64,000 nucleotides of DNA from Endomicrobiales bacterium (GCA_016930715.1 JAFGGC010000013.1:7796-71795); one strand, 5' to 3'. Counted from the first letter of the stretch, positions 34,243 to 44,777 are shown. The notes: generated by a model from the sequence alone, not told the origin. Translations and numbers: made by a program.

Positions 34243-36491
34243 TGCTCCGCGTAGCCGAAACCATCAATAATAAGCTGATCGAAATAACCGGGAAGATACT
34301 CTACCACGGCATTCCCATTTTGTATTTCCTCATATCCATAGCGTTTTACCTGAAAACCTACGATTCGGCTCAGATCAAGATAACCCTTATCCAGATAGGC
34401 GGAACGATCGTTCTCGCAACGTGGCTTGTGAGGATAATCGAGGAAGACGTGGGCCATTTCTTCAGGGAAAACATACTCGCGGTGGTGTCTCTTTTCGCGT
34501 TCCTCATATCTGGGATAATCTCCTACACGCACTCGCCCCTGCCTCTTGCCAGCGCCAACGAGCTCGTGAGAAGGGTAATGTACATTTCCATCGCGGTCAT
34601 CGTTATCAAGGAATTCGACAGCATCGAGAAGCTCAACAGGCTTTTCAAGTGGCTTTTCGCGGCGGCTTTCGTGGCGACGGTGTACGGCGTGGTCCAGTTT
34701 TTGGACGGCAGGTTCTTCCCGCCGCCCCCGGAACCCGGGCTTGACCCCTTCATATGGAGGAACGCTTTCGGCTGGAGGATTTTCTCGACTTTCGGCAATC
34801 CTAATTTCTTCGGCGATTTTCTCGTCGTGATGGGCCCGATCGTGCTGGCCATGTTCCTGCGCTCAAGGCAGCTTCACCTTCTGATGCTCTGGTGCCTTAT
34901 AACCTTCTGCGCGATTTTTACTTACTCCAAAGGGACGTGGCTCGGATATGCGGCGGGCATCCTTCTTTTCGTGTTTTTCTACATAGGTTTTTTCGTCAAG
35001 TCGGAGAAATTCAAGATAAAACGGGTTCTTCTGGGAATGGTTGCCGTGACGCTTGTATTCGTGACGATAGGCGTCTACAGGAATCTGAAAAAAAGGCCGG
35101 ACAGCGCTTCCTTCAGGGTATACACCTGGATGTCGACCTGGGAAATGATAAACACCCGCCCGGTGCTCGGGACCGGGCTCGGGACATTTTACGTCATATA
35201 CCCGGCGTGGAGGAGGCCGCAGATATTTTTTATCGAAGGCAGGCATAACACGGAGACCGACCATCCTGAGAACGAGTATCTCGAAGTGTGGTACGACGAG
35301 GGCCTGATAGGCTTCGGCGTGTTCCTGTGGATATTGACGCTGTTTGTAATGAGCTCGTTCAAGAATCTTCAGGTGTTCAGCAGGATAAACAGGGAGAGGG
35401 ACGGGGGGGACGTGCGGGCGTATTATCAGCTGGGCGTGATGACAGCCCTGATAGCGCAGCTGGTGCACAATTTCGTGTGCGTGTCTTTGAGGTTCGTTTC
35501 TTCCGGCATATTCCTGTGGCTTCTCATCGGTATCATCGGAGCCCTGAACCTTCATCATCCGATGCCGAAAACGACCGAAGAGTATAGGCCGGGAAAAAAC
35601 AACATTCCTAAAGCCGTTAGAAGGATAATCCAGGTCGGCATTATAATCCTTGCCGTGTACTTCGTCAAGGTTTTTTACGGGTATTTCGATGCCGACATAA
35701 ACCACAACATGGCCATATTCTTTTCCAAACAGGGGCAGTGGCCGCAGGCGCTGAAACATTACGAAACAGTTATAAATAGGAACCCGTCGTTCATAATGGC
35801 GCATTATTTCATGGGCAACGTTTTCAACGACAGGTGGATGCCCGGAGACGCCGACAGGGCTATAGGCAAGTACAAGGACGTCTGGAGCCTCGCCCCGAAC
35901 TACGTCCAGTCGCACCACCAGGCGGGGTTGATATACCTGAAAATGGGCGAGGACGCCAAGCGCGCCGAGGACGGGGCGTTGAACAGGGGCGACAAGAAAG
36001 CGGCCGCGGAATACAGGAAGAAAAAACTCGAGATATGGAACAAGGCGCTTTCGGAGTTCAGTAAGTACAAAATGATAGACCCGATATTTCCTTTGAACTA
36101 CTACCGCATCGCGTGGATATACATCCAGCTCGGGGACTACAAGAAAGCCGAAGAAACGTATCTTGAACACGTTAGTTTTCCCCGGAAGCTCAGGGCGCCT
36201 CCCCACAATCCGTGGGACGAGGACTGGCAAATAAGGCGCAAGCCGGAGTACGCCGAAACCTACACGAACCTCGGGAACCTGAAGTTCATGGCAAACGACA
36301 TGAAAGGCGCGGAGGATTACTATAACAAGTCCCTCGAATATAATCCCGAACACCTGAACACGCTCAAGAACCTCACTATCCTCTACGGAAGGACCGGCAG
36401 GATTGAAAAGGCGAACCAGGCCTGGTTCAGGATAAGAGAGATAGCGCCGAACGATCCCGACGTTCAAAAAATCTTCAGGCCTAAACAATAA
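34242..36491 (+). CDS. O-antigen ligase/polymerase-like (Wzy_C) membrane protein fused to C-terminal TPR repeats
   Basis: More than 10 TM segments, loop RHNTETDHPENEYLEVWYDEGLIG, and a C-terminal TPR block. Confidence 0.8.
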   Translation: MLRVAETINNKLIEITGKILYHGIPILYFLISIAFYLKTYDSAQIKITLIQIGGTIVLATWLVRIIEEDVGHFFRENILAVVSLFAFLISGIISYTHSPLPLASANELVRRVMYISIAVIVIKEFDSIEKLNRLFKWLFAAAFVATVYGVVQFLDGRFFPPPPEPGLDPFIWRNAFGWRIFSTFGNPNFFGDFLVVMGPIVLAMFLRSRQLHLLMLWCLITFCAIFTYSKGTWLGYAAGILLFVFFYIGFFVKSEKFKIKRVLLGMVAVTLVFVTIGVYRNLKKRPDSASFRVYTWMSTWEMINTRPVLGTGLGTFYVIYPAWRRPQIFFIEGRHNTETDHPENEYLEVWYDEGLIGFGVFLWILTLFVMSSFKNLQVFSRINRERDGGDVRAYYQLGVMTALIAQLVHNFVCVSLRFVSSGIFLWLLIGIIGALNLHHPMPKTTEEYRPGKNNIPKAVRRIIQVGIIILAVYFVKVFYGYFDADINHNMAIFFSKQGQWPQALKHYETVINRNPSFIMAHYFMGNVFNDRWMPGDADRAIGKYKDVWSLAPNYVQSHHQAGLIYLKMGEDAKRAEDGALNRGDKKAAAEYRKKKLEIWNKALSEFSKYKMIDPIFPLNYYRIAWIYIQLGDYKKAEETYLEHVSFPRKLRAPPHNPWDEDWQIRRKPEYAETYTNLGNLKFMANDMKGAEDYYNKSLEYNPEHLNTLKNLTILYGRTGRIEKANQAWFRIREIAPNDPDVQKIFRPKQ

Positions 36492-36499
36492 GCGCGGCT

Positions 36500-38872
36500 A
36501 TGAGAAAAACCTTCGATTACCTGATATACTTCACCCTGTTCGTGACGCCGATCGTGTTCTTCACGGACCTAACCAGGAACCCGTACTATTTCCAGATCGT
36601 TCTCGTGAACGCCCTGACGGTTTTTATCTGGGCGTTGTGGCTTTTGTGGGGAATGAAGAAAAAGACGATTAATGTCATAGGAACGCCCCTGGATGTTCCG
36701 CTTTTCGCGCTTGTTGTCGTCGCCACCGTTTCCTGGGGGATGGCCCTTTTTGAGAACAGGGGTTCCGAGTTCATCATCTACAGCGTTTACAGCGAAGGCT
36801 TGAAAAGATGGCTTTATCTGGTCGTGAATGCCGCGCTCGTTTATTACCTTGCGGTCCATTTCGTGGATGACGACAACCGCTCCGGCTTCATACACGCCGT
36901 CTTTCTCGCCAGCTTCGTCGCCTCCGTTTACGGGATTCTGCAATACTTCGGGATGGAGATAATCTGGCCGAAGATACTCAACCCTTTCGGCAGCGGAAGG
37001 TGCGTTTCCACTTTCGGCAACCCCAATTTCCTTTCATCCTATCTTGTTTTGATAATACCGGTCATGTACGTTTATTTCGTCAATGCCCGGAGCGCCATTG
37101 CCTCGGGAATGTATCTTGTTTTCATGCTGGCGTGCTACGCGGCGCTTTTGTGCACTTTCACCCGCTCTTCCTGGCTGGGGCTGTTCGTCGCGATGGTTGT
37201 GCTGGTGTTTCTTTTGTTCGTCAAGATGAGGGACGAAATACTCGGAAAATGGAAGAAATGCCTGCTCATTCCAGCGGCGGCAGCGATAATTATCTTCGTG
37301 TTCTGGCCGAGGAGCACGATAGGCGCTGGAAATCCGAGCGTTCTTGACCGCCTTGTTGAAAGCAGTTCCACCAAAGGCGTGAAATACTACGGTTCATACG
37401 ATCAGAGGCGCCTTATATGGTCCTGCGCGTGGCATATGGTCAGGGAGAACCCGTTCTTCGGCAAGGGATGGGGCTGCTTCGAGCTGTTCTATCCTTTCTA
37501 TCAGGGGAAACACCTTTTTCTGGAAGACTACATCAGCTTCAGGACGCACGCGAATAACGCCCACAATGAAGTAATGGAGATATGGTCGCAGCTCGGTACC
37601 GTCGGTTTAGGCGTGTATATCTGGCTGTTTGCAGCCCTTTTCCTGACGTCGTTGCGTCTTTTCAGGGATTTGAATGAAGAGAAAAAGGCTCTTGCGATGG
37701 CGCTTTTTGCCTCGCTCTGCGGTATGATGACCGACAACATGCTCAATGTTTCAGTCCATTTCGCGATACCCGGGTTTCTTTACTGGTGGCATATGGGAAT
37801 GCTCGTCGGGCTGGCCGCGGGCGACCGGAAGTCGATAAAAGTGGATACGACTTTCAAAAAAGCGCTGGTAATCCTGCTCGTAATCCTCGGAGCGCTTGCC
37901 ATAAAGCGCTATTACTGCAACTTCAGGGGCGAGATAAACTATTTTACCGGGTTTAAACTATCGAAGAAAAACATACTTCAGGGCGCAATACCTGCCCTGG
38001 AAAAGGCGCACAGGTGCCAGAGGTTCGAGGTAAACAACAATTATGAACTGGCCAACTGTTACGCGCGCGCCGGCGAAAGAAAGAAGGCTCTTGCCATGTA
38101 CAAGGAGGCCCTCAGGGCCAATGCCGGATACGACGAGATATATTTTAACATGGCCACCGTCCTCGCCCAGACCGGCAGGACAGCGGATTCGATCCCCGAG
38201 TACACGAGGGCGCTAAACATCAACCCTCTTTCGTTAGAGGCCTACGGAGCGCTGGGAAGCCTGTTCCTTCAGGACACCGACCGCTACGCGGGCGCCGGCG
38301 TGAAGCTTTTCGAACAATGCGTGCATTTTTTCCCGGAGAACAAGGATATATGGAACAACCTGGGATTTTTATACACGAAGGCCGGCATGGAAGAGGATGC
38401 CGTAAAGGCCTACAAAAAGGCGTTTGAGATTAATCCTGACTTCGAGCTTGCCAAGAAGAACCTGATGCTTGTATTGGCGAAACAGGGAAAAAGGGACAGG
38501 CAGATCGAGGAGTACGACGCGTTCATGGCGAGAACGGAAAAAGCGATAATAGACAAGGACTGGCAAAGGGCCTTCGCGGCCGCAAAGAGGCTCGTGGAAC
38601 TGGGCCCGAACAGCTTCAAGGCGCATCTGTACCTGGCGAACATTAATTTTACCTTGGGGAAGATAGAAGACGCGGTTTCCCAGTACCTCGAGGCCTTAAG
38701 GATCGAGCCCAACAACGTGTCGGCGACGAACAATCTCGCCCTCGCGTATTTTGAACTGAGGCAGTACGACAGGGCAAGGCAGTGTTTCGTGCGCGTCCTT
38801 GAGCTCTCTCCCGATAACGAATCAGCCAAGCAGAAGCTCGCCGAGATCGATTCGATAAGGTCCCGCAGGTAA
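36500..38872 (+). CDS. O-antigen ligase/polymerase-like membrane protein fused to TPR repeats (paralog)
   Basis: Same architecture as 34242-36491. Loop RTHANNAHNEVMEIWSQLGTVG. At least five C-terminal TPR units. Confidence 0.8.
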   Translation: MRKTFDYLIYFTLFVTPIVFFTDLTRNPYYFQIVLVNALTVFIWALWLLWGMKKKTINVIGTPLDVPLFALVVVATVSWGMALFENRGSEFIIYSVYSEGLKRWLYLVVNAALVYYLAVHFVDDDNRSGFIHAVFLASFVASVYGILQYFGMEIIWPKILNPFGSGRCVSTFGNPNFLSSYLVLIIPVMYVYFVNARSAIASGMYLVFMLACYAALLCTFTRSSWLGLFVAMVVLVFLLFVKMRDEILGKWKKCLLIPAAAAIIIFVFWPRSTIGAGNPSVLDRLVESSSTKGVKYYGSYDQRRLIWSCAWHMVRENPFFGKGWGCFELFYPFYQGKHLFLEDYISFRTHANNAHNEVMEIWSQLGTVGLGVYIWLFAALFLTSLRLFRDLNEEKKALAMALFASLCGMMTDNMLNVSVHFAIPGFLYWWHMGMLVGLAAGDRKSIKVDTTFKKALVILLVILGALAIKRYYCNFRGEINYFTGFKLSKKNILQGAIPALEKAHRCQRFEVNNNYELANCYARAGERKKALAMYKEALRANAGYDEIYFNMATVLAQTGRTADSIPEYTRALNINPLSLEAYGALGSLFLQDTDRYAGAGVKLFEQCVHFFPENKDIWNNLGFLYTKAGMEEDAVKAYKKAFEINPDFELAKKNLMLVLAKQGKRDRQIEEYDAFMARTEKAIIDKDWQRAFAAAKRLVELGPNSFKAHLYLANINFTLGKIEDAVSQYLEALRIEPNNVSATNNLALAYFELRQYDRARQCFVRVLELSPDNESAKQKLAEIDSIRSRR

Positions 38873-38905
38873 TTCTACCGTACGGCGCCTGGATGGCGCC
38901 AACAT

Positions 38906-39895
38906 ATGTATTATTCAGATAAAATCGATATCCTTAAAAGGCTTTTTGGCGCAAGCGAGGTTTCGCTGTCCGAAGGGGCGCTGAGCGTGAACGGCAGAAA
39001 TTATCCCGTGCTGGACGATGTCATTATACTGTCTTCACCCGGGGATATGACGGAGCTTGTAAAACAAAAGCTTAAGGACCCGGAAGAAAAAGTGGGAGCT
39101 GGCGTAGCGGAAGACGTTCAGTTCAGTTTCGGCGAGGAATGGAAGCGTTATGGTGAGATCCTCCCGGAGCACGAAAACGAATTCGGGAAGTATTTCGACA
39201 TCGTGGATGTCGGTTCGCTTTCAAAAGCGGATACCTGCGACCTGGGATGCGGCATGGGCAGGTGGAGCAGTTTTCTCGCTCCGCGCGTGAAGAGCGTGAG
39301 CCTCGTTGATTTTTCGGACGCCATATTCGTCGCGAGGAAGAACCTCAAGAGCCGGCATAACTGCCTTTTTTTCATGTGCGACATAAAGAAACTGCCTTTC
39401 GCGCCAGACGCGTTCGATTTCATTTTTTCTCTCGGCGTGCTCCACCATCTGCCTTCGGACTGCCTCGACGAGACAAGGGCGCTTAAAAAATACGCCGCGA
39501 AACTCCTCGTGTTCCTTTATTACGCACTTGATAACAGGCCTTTCTATTTCAAGGTACTGCTCGGGCTCGTGACGGTTCTAAGAAAGGCGGTTTCGGGCGT
39601 GAGGAGCCGTTTTTTAAGGAAGGTTTTCGCCTTGTTCGGGACTTTCTGCGTGTACCTGCCACTGATAGCCGTCGGCCGCGCCCTGAAACCCCTGAAACTT
39701 TCGAAATACGTGCCCCTGTATGAGTTTTATCACGGAAAGACCGCCAAGAGGATAGAGCAGGACGTATATGACAGGTTTTTCACGTCCATAGAACAGCGGG
39801 TGACGAAAAAGCAGATAGAGGGGCTTTCCGATACCTATTCCAGGGTGGTTTTGTCCGACGGCCTGCCTTACTGGCATTTTTTGCTTGAAAGATAG
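38906..39895 (+). CDS. class I SAM-dependent methyltransferase
   Basis: Motif I CDLGCGMGRW, post-I VSLVDFS, LPF..DAFDFIFSLGVLHH. Confidence 0.8.
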   Translation: MYYSDKIDILKRLFGASEVSLSEGALSVNGRNYPVLDDVIILSSPGDMTELVKQKLKDPEEKVGAGVAEDVQFSFGEEWKRYGEILPEHENEFGKYFDIVDVGSLSKADTCDLGCGMGRWSSFLAPRVKSVSLVDFSDAIFVARKNLKSRHNCLFFMCDIKKLPFAPDAFDFIFSLGVLHHLPSDCLDETRALKKYAAKLLVFLYYALDNRPFYFKVLLGLVTVLRKAVSGVRSRFLRKVFALFGTFCVYLPLIAVGRALKPLKLSKYVPLYEFYHGKTAKRIEQDVYDRFFTSIEQRVTKKQIEGLSDTYSRVVLSDGLPYWHFLLER

Positions 39896-39916
39896 TTTGC
39901 CGCGCGTCGTTTGACC

Positions 39917-39945
39917 TTGATAAACCTGTTAATATGTGGTAAAAT
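39917..39945 (+). promoter_or_regulatory. sigma70-type promoter of the yebC-ruvC unit
   Basis: ttgata-N17-taaaat, with a TG-type extension (tgg) before the -10. Confidence 0.55.
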
Positions 39946-40026
39946 CAGTCCAAAGCGAAAATGTTGTAGTTTAATTTGCATTTTTAATTTTACGATTTGA
40001 AATTTGAAATGCCTTAGGAGTTCGAA

Positions 40027-40788
40027 ATGTCGGGACATTCAAGATGGGCAGGTATCAAGCACAAGAAGGCGGCGGCTGATGCCAAAAGAGGAAAGGTCTT
40101 CACCAAGATAATAAGAGAAATCGTCGTCGCCGCAAGGGAAGGCGGGGGGATAATCGAGAACAACCCGCGCCTGCGCAAGGCCATAGAGATGGGGCGCGAA
40201 GCGAATATGCCCCAGGACAACATAAAGAAGGCGATACAGCGCGGAACAGGCGAGATCCCCGGCGCGATGTTCGAGGAGATCGTATATGAAGGCTACGGCC
40301 CGGGCGGGGTGGCCGTTATGGTGGAGGGAACTACCGACAACAAGAACCGCTTCTCGGCCGAGGTAAGGAATATATTCTCTAAACACGGCGGGAATATGGG
40401 CGAGAACGGGTGCGTCGCCTGGATGTTCTCAAGAAAAGGTTATATGGCGGTCGAGAAATCCAAGGCCGGCGAGGAAGAACTGATGACGCTTGTCCTTGAG
40501 CTCGGCGCCGACGACTTGAAGACCGACGACGAGGACGTTTTCGAGATAATAACCAAGCCCGAAGAGTACGAGAAGGTCAAGCAGGGCCTCGAAGCCAAAA
40601 AGATACCCCTGACGACGGCCGAACTCTCCCTTGAACCGCAAACATACATAAAACTTGAAGGCAAACAGGCGCAGCAGATGATAGAGCTCATGGACGAGCT
40701 CGAGGCGCAAGACGACGTAAAGAACGTTTACGCAAACTTCGATATTTCCAAAGAGGAAATCGAAGCGATAGAGGCGAATTCCAACTGA
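40027..40788 (+). CDS. yebC: YebC/PmpR family DNA-binding regulator
   Basis: MSGHSRWAGIKHKKAAADAKRGKVFTK is the canonical N-terminus. Confidence 0.9.
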   Translation: MSGHSRWAGIKHKKAAADAKRGKVFTKIIREIVVAAREGGGIIENNPRLRKAIEMGREANMPQDNIKKAIQRGTGEIPGAMFEEIVYEGYGPGGVAVMVEGTTDNKNRFSAEVRNIFSKHGGNMGENGCVAWMFSRKGYMAVEKSKAGEEELMTLVLELGADDLKTDDEDVFEIITKPEEYEKVKQGLEAKKIPLTTAELSLEPQTYIKLEGKQAQQMIELMDELEAQDDVKNVYANFDISKEEIEAIEANSN

Positions 40789-40791
40789 CAG

Positions 40792-41268
40792 ATGATAATA
40801 CTGGGTGTTGATCCCGGCCTTTCAATGACAGGTTGGGGCCTTATCAGGTCCCGGGAGCGGGACGACATCTCGCTTGTATGCTACGGATGTATCAAGACGA
40901 GGTCCGGTAACGCGCTAGCGGAGCGCCTCGGCGAGATACACGCGGAACTTGAAAGAATAATTGACGAACACAAGCCGGAAGAAATGGCGGTCGAAGAGCT
41001 TTTCTTCTCGAAAGAGGCGAGAACGGTCGCTTCGGTCGGACAGGCAAGAGGTGCTATCATACTCACGGCGGCGGTAAAAAAGCTTAGAGTCTTTGAATAC
41101 AATCCAAGGCACATAAAAATGGCTCTGACGGGCTACGGTTCGGCCCAGAAGATCCAGATCCAGTCGATGGTGAAAACCCTGCTCAAGCTCAAGGAGATCC
41201 CGAAACCCGACGACGCGGCTGACGCGCTGGCGGTGGCGGTCTGCCACGTCCATACGAAACAGCGGTAA
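40792..41268 (+). CDS. ruvC: Holliday junction resolvase RuvC
   Basis: IILGVDPGLSMTGWG, EELFF and DAADALAVAVCH catalytic-acid contexts. Confidence 0.9.
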   Translation: MIILGVDPGLSMTGWGLIRSRERDDISLVCYGCIKTRSGNALAERLGEIHAELERIIDEHKPEEMAVEELFFSKEARTVASVGQARGAIILTAAVKKLRVFEYNPRHIKMALTGYGSAQKIQIQSMVKTLLKLKEIPKPDDAADALAVAVCHVHTKQR

Positions 41269-41361
41269 TGGGTAATGAGTTTTGAGTAATGAGTATGGAA
41301 CCATCGAGACAAGATGTTAAAGACACGGCACTTATTGCTCATCACTCATAACTCATAACTG
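41266..41361. repeat. palindromic intergenic element built from (t)aatgag words
   Basis: Left side taatgggtaatgagttttgagtaatgagta and right side tgctcatcactcataactcataactg are imperfect reverse complements. Confidence 0.4.
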
Positions 41362-41366
41362 ATTTT

Positions 41367-41978
41367 ATGATAGACCACATTAAAGGAATTATCGAAAAGA
41401 AGACGGTAGAATGCGTCGTGATAGAGGCCGGAGGCGTCGGCTACAAGGTGCACGTGCCGGTTTCGACCTCGCAAGGGCTTCCCCCCGCGGGGAAGGAGGC
41501 GAAGCTGTTCGTTTTTGAGTCCGTCGGCATTTATTCAGGAGGGACCACCCTCTACGGTTTTGAAACCGAGGAAAAAAGGGAGATATTCGTTCTGCTAAAG
41601 GAAGAGGTTCCAGGCGCCGGCGCTAAGAAGGCGCTTGATTATTTTGACAAGGTGACGAAGTCACTGCCCGATTTCAGGCGCTGCGTCGTCAACAAGGACG
41701 TGCCGTCGCTGACGGGCATTTTCGGTTTTACAAGAAAAACCGCCGAAAAACTTATAGTTTCGCTCAAGGACAAAATCGGAGCCGTCGCGGTTTCCGGCCG
41801 GGAGAAATGGGCTTCCGGGCCCGGAACGTCTCCGGAAAACGACGCGGTTCAGGGGCTCGTGGCGCTCGGGTACCGCGAAAACCAGTCGAGGGAAGCGGTG
41901 CAGAAAGCAGTTGAAGCGGCCTCAGGCGGAAAAACGGTCGAGGAATTGATAAAGCACTCCCTGCGGTACCTTCAGTAA
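41367..41978 (+). CDS. ruvA: Holliday junction DNA helicase RuvA
   Basis: MIDHIKGII..K....VVIEAGGVGYKVHVP, a typical RuvA N-terminus. Position between ruvC and ruvB. Confidence 0.9.
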   Translation: MIDHIKGIIEKKTVECVVIEAGGVGYKVHVPVSTSQGLPPAGKEAKLFVFESVGIYSGGTTLYGFETEEKREIFVLLKEEVPGAGAKKALDYFDKVTKSLPDFRRCVVNKDVPSLTGIFGFTRKTAEKLIVSLKDKIGAVAVSGREKWASGPGTSPENDAVQGLVALGYRENQSREAVQKAVEAASGGKTVEELIKHSLRYLQ

Positions 41979-42110
41979 TTAACCCCGTTAGAAATACTCG
42001 AACGGGTATTGCATTGAATAAGTATGATGAACACGGCTTATATCGGATATCGAAAAGTAACTTAGGGAATTACACCCCGCCGTTGGCGGGGCTATCTCTA
42101 ACGGGGTAAA
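41979..42110. repeat. 132-nt ruvA-ruvB spacer closed by 18-nt imperfect inverted repeats
   Basis: ttaaccccgttagaaata (41979-41996) versus tatctctaacggggtaaa (42093-42110): 16 of 18 complementary. Inner hairpin ccccgcc-gtt-ggcgggg. Confidence 0.5.
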
Positions 42111-43157
42111 ATGGCTATGGAAGAAACGGACATATTATCGGCGGTAAAAACCAACGAAGACGAGGGCGCGGAGAGCAACCTTAGGCCGAAGGACCTCAGC
42201 GAGTTCATAGGCCAGAAGAAGCTCAAAGACAACCTCTCGGTTTTCATAGAAGCCGCCAAGAAGCGGCGCGAGCCGCTCGATCACTGCCTGTTCTACGCGC
42301 CGCCCGGGCTAGGGAAAACGACTTTGGCGCACATCATCGCCCGTGAAACCGGCGGGAACTTGAGGAGCACGTCGGGGCCCGTGCTTGAAAGGGTCGGTGA
42401 CCTCGCCGCGATACTCACCAATCTTTCGGAAGGCGACGTGTTCTTCATAGACGAGATACACAGGATGAACCACCTTGTCGAGGAGGCCTTGTATCCCGTG
42501 ATGGAAGATTTCGAGCTCGATATCATAATCGGTCAGGGTCCTTCGGCTAAGACCATCAAGCTTCCGGTGCCCAGGTTCACGCTGATAGGCGCGACGACGC
42601 GGGCGGGTCTGCTTTCCGGCCCCCTGAGGGACCGCTTCGGAATAATAGAACACCTGAATTTCTACGGTTTTGACGAATTAAAAAGGATAGTGCTGCGCTC
42701 GAGCAGGATCCTGAAAATAAATATCGACGATGCCGGAGCGTCCGAGGTAGCAAAACGCTCGCGCGGCACGCCGAGGATCGTAAACCGCCTGCTGCGGCGC
42801 GTCAGGGATTTCGCCGAAGTCAAATCGGGAGGCAGGATAACGGAGAAGGTCGCCAAAGACTCGCTTGAGGCGCTTGAGGTGGACGACGCCGGCCTTGACA
42901 GGATGGACAGGTTCATCTTAACGACCATTGCGGAAAAATTTTCAGGCGGGCCCGTCGGGATAGACACCCTCGCGGTGGCCATATCTGAGGAAGCCGATAC
43001 CATAACCGACGTTTACGAACCCTACCTCATACAATCCGGTTTCATGGCAAGGACGCCCAGGGGGCGTACGGTGACCGAGAACGGATACCAGCGTATCGGA
43101 ATGAAAAAACCAAAAAGCGCGGGAAAGCAGGACGACCTTTTCGGCCCGGGCAAATAA
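42111..43157 (+). CDS. ruvB: Holliday junction DNA helicase RuvB
   Basis: [12 protein letters not shown], Walker [10 protein letters not shown], Walker [27 protein letters not shown]. Confidence 0.95.
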   Translation: MAMEETDILSAVKTNEDEGAESNLRPKDLSEFIGQKKLKDNLSVFIEAAKKRREPLDHCLFYAPPGLGKTTLAHIIARETGGNLRSTSGPVLERVGDLAAILTNLSEGDVFFIDEIHRMNHLVEEALYPVMEDFELDIIIGQGPSAKTIKLPVPRFTLIGATTRAGLLSGPLRDRFGIIEHLNFYGFDELKRIVLRSSRILKINIDDAGASEVAKRSRGTPRIVNRLLRRVRDFAEVKSGGRITEKVAKDSLEALEVDDAGLDRMDRFILTTIAEKFSGGPVGIDTLAVAISEEADTITDVYEPYLIQSGFMARTPRGRTVTENGYQRIGMKKPKSAGKQDDLFGPGK

Positions 43158-43162
43158 GAGCT

Positions 43163-44029
43163 ATGATAAACGCCCATTATCTGAAACCCTCGAACGGAAT
43201 CACGCTTTTCAGCTCAAGACATCCGGTTTTTAAGGTTTTTGGCACGTTGTCCCCTTACGCCGGCTGCAGGAACAAATGCGTTTTCTGCCCATACGGCGGG
43301 GCCGAAAGGATAGGGGTTAAAACGAACTTTCTTCACATGCTCGCTGATGAGCTTCCCGAAAAACGAAACCTGCACCTAGCGCTCGGAGCGGCCTGCGAGC
43401 CTTATTGCATTGAAGAAAAAGACTTGAACCTCACGAAAAATACGATACAGATGGCCATGACCCACGAAGTTCCCTTGCAGATATTCACCAAATCCGACCT
43501 CATACTTAAAGACATCAAGCTTATAAAGGAGCATTCTTCCTCGGGTTTCATCGCGGTGAACGTGTCGATGCCGTTTATCGACGAAAAGCTTGCTTTCGTT
43601 TTCGAGCCCGGCGTCATTCCACCCCAGCGGCGGATGGACCTCGTGACAGAGCTCAAAAAACATGAGATTCTGGCGGGATTCGTCCTTTCCCCGGTAATAC
43701 CGTACGTCAACGACAGCCAGGAACACCTTGAGGCCTATTTCGCGTCCGCGAAGAAGGCGGGCGCGGATTATATCCTCGCTTCGGTCCTGACCATCGACAA
43801 CAGAAACGTGATGCAGAGAATGAAAAATGTCATTTCCGAGAATTTTCCGAACATATTGCACCGTTTCCAGAACCTGTACGAGAATTCGCAGCTTCCTTCC
43901 GTGACATACACGAAGAGGGTGGACGACATGCTGGGCGTCCTGAGCGTGAAGCACGGCATCGCTCTCTCTCTTCCCATAATGGACGGTTCTCCCTCAAAAT
44001 CAGGCATCCGTCAGAAAATGCTCAAATGA
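43163..44029 (+). CDS. radical SAM protein (SplB/COG1533-like)
   Basis: Cys triad GCRNKCVFC (Cx3Cx2C) near the N-terminus. The stop overlaps the queH start (ATGA). Confidence 0.7.
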   Translation: MINAHYLKPSNGITLFSSRHPVFKVFGTLSPYAGCRNKCVFCPYGGAERIGVKTNFLHMLADELPEKRNLHLALGAACEPYCIEEKDLNLTKNTIQMAMTHEVPLQIFTKSDLILKDIKLIKEHSSSGFIAVNVSMPFIDEKLAFVFEPGVIPPQRRMDLVTELKKHEILAGFVLSPVIPYVNDSQEHLEAYFASAKKAGADYILASVLTIDNRNVMQRMKNVISENFPNILHRFQNLYENSQLPSVTYTKRVDDMLGVLSVKHGIALSLPIMDGSPSKSGIRQKMLK

Positions 44030-44562
44030 AACAAAAGCTTCTTCTGCACCATTGCTGCGCGCCCTGCTCGCCGAAGGTTTTAGAATCCCTCCGGCAGGAG
44101 TTTGAGGTCGTGAGTTTCTGGTTCAACCCAAACATACATCCCGAGGAAGAATACTCCAAAAGGAAAGAAGCCTTTGAGGAGTTCGTGCAAAGAAAGGAGA
44201 TAGAAGTTGTCTGGGGGGAGGATTTTTCCATGGGTGAATGGCTCGAAAAAGCGGGAAAGCTCGGGGATGAAAGATGCAGGTTCTGTTACGGACTTAGGCT
44301 CGCCCAGACCGCCGAAGCGGCTAAAAAGCTCGGTATCGCGAATTTTTCCACTACGCTTCTTTCAAGCCCGCACCAGAAGCACGAGATGATAAAGCATATC
44401 GGGGCCGATATCGCTTTCGGCGCCGGGATAGAGTTTGTCTACAGGGATTTCAGGCCGGGTTACTACGCGGGCAAGGACGAGGCCAGGAAAATGGGCCTGT
44501 ACCTCCAGCGTTATTGCGGGTGCATGTTCTCCAAACAGGAGAGGGAATCTAATAAGAAATGA
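44026..44562 (+). CDS. queH: epoxyqueuosine reductase QueH (DUF208)
   Basis: LLLHHCCAPCS, FNPNIHPEEEY, ERCRFCYGLRL, QRYCGCMFS. Confidence 0.8.
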   Translation: MKQKLLLHHCCAPCSPKVLESLRQEFEVVSFWFNPNIHPEEEYSKRKEAFEEFVQRKEIEVVWGEDFSMGEWLEKAGKLGDERCRFCYGLRLAQTAEAAKKLGIANFSTTLLSSPHQKHEMIKHIGADIAFGAGIEFVYRDFRPGYYAGKDEARKMGLYLQRYCGCMFSKQERESNKK

Positions 44563-44777
44563 ACACCGCGTTTTTCGGAAAAATGCTCGTGATTACCGGC
44601 GCAGTTGTCGTGGCGGCGGGGTTGCTTCTGATTTTCGCGCCGAAGATACCGTTACTGGGAAAGCTGCCGGGCGATATATGCGTTAAAAAGGGCAATTTCA
44701 CGTTCTTTTTCCCGATAACGACGTGCATCGTTCTGAGCGTCCTCGCTTCGTTTTTCGTCTGGATCTTCAGGAAATGA
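44559..44777 (+). CDS. DUF2905-like small membrane protein
   Basis: Two TM segments flanking LLGKLPGDI. Start and stop both overlap neighbouring genes. Confidence 0.6.
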   Translation: MNTAFFGKMLVITGAVVVAAGLLLIFAPKIPLLGKLPGDICVKKGNFTFFFPITTCIVLSVLASFFVWIFRK

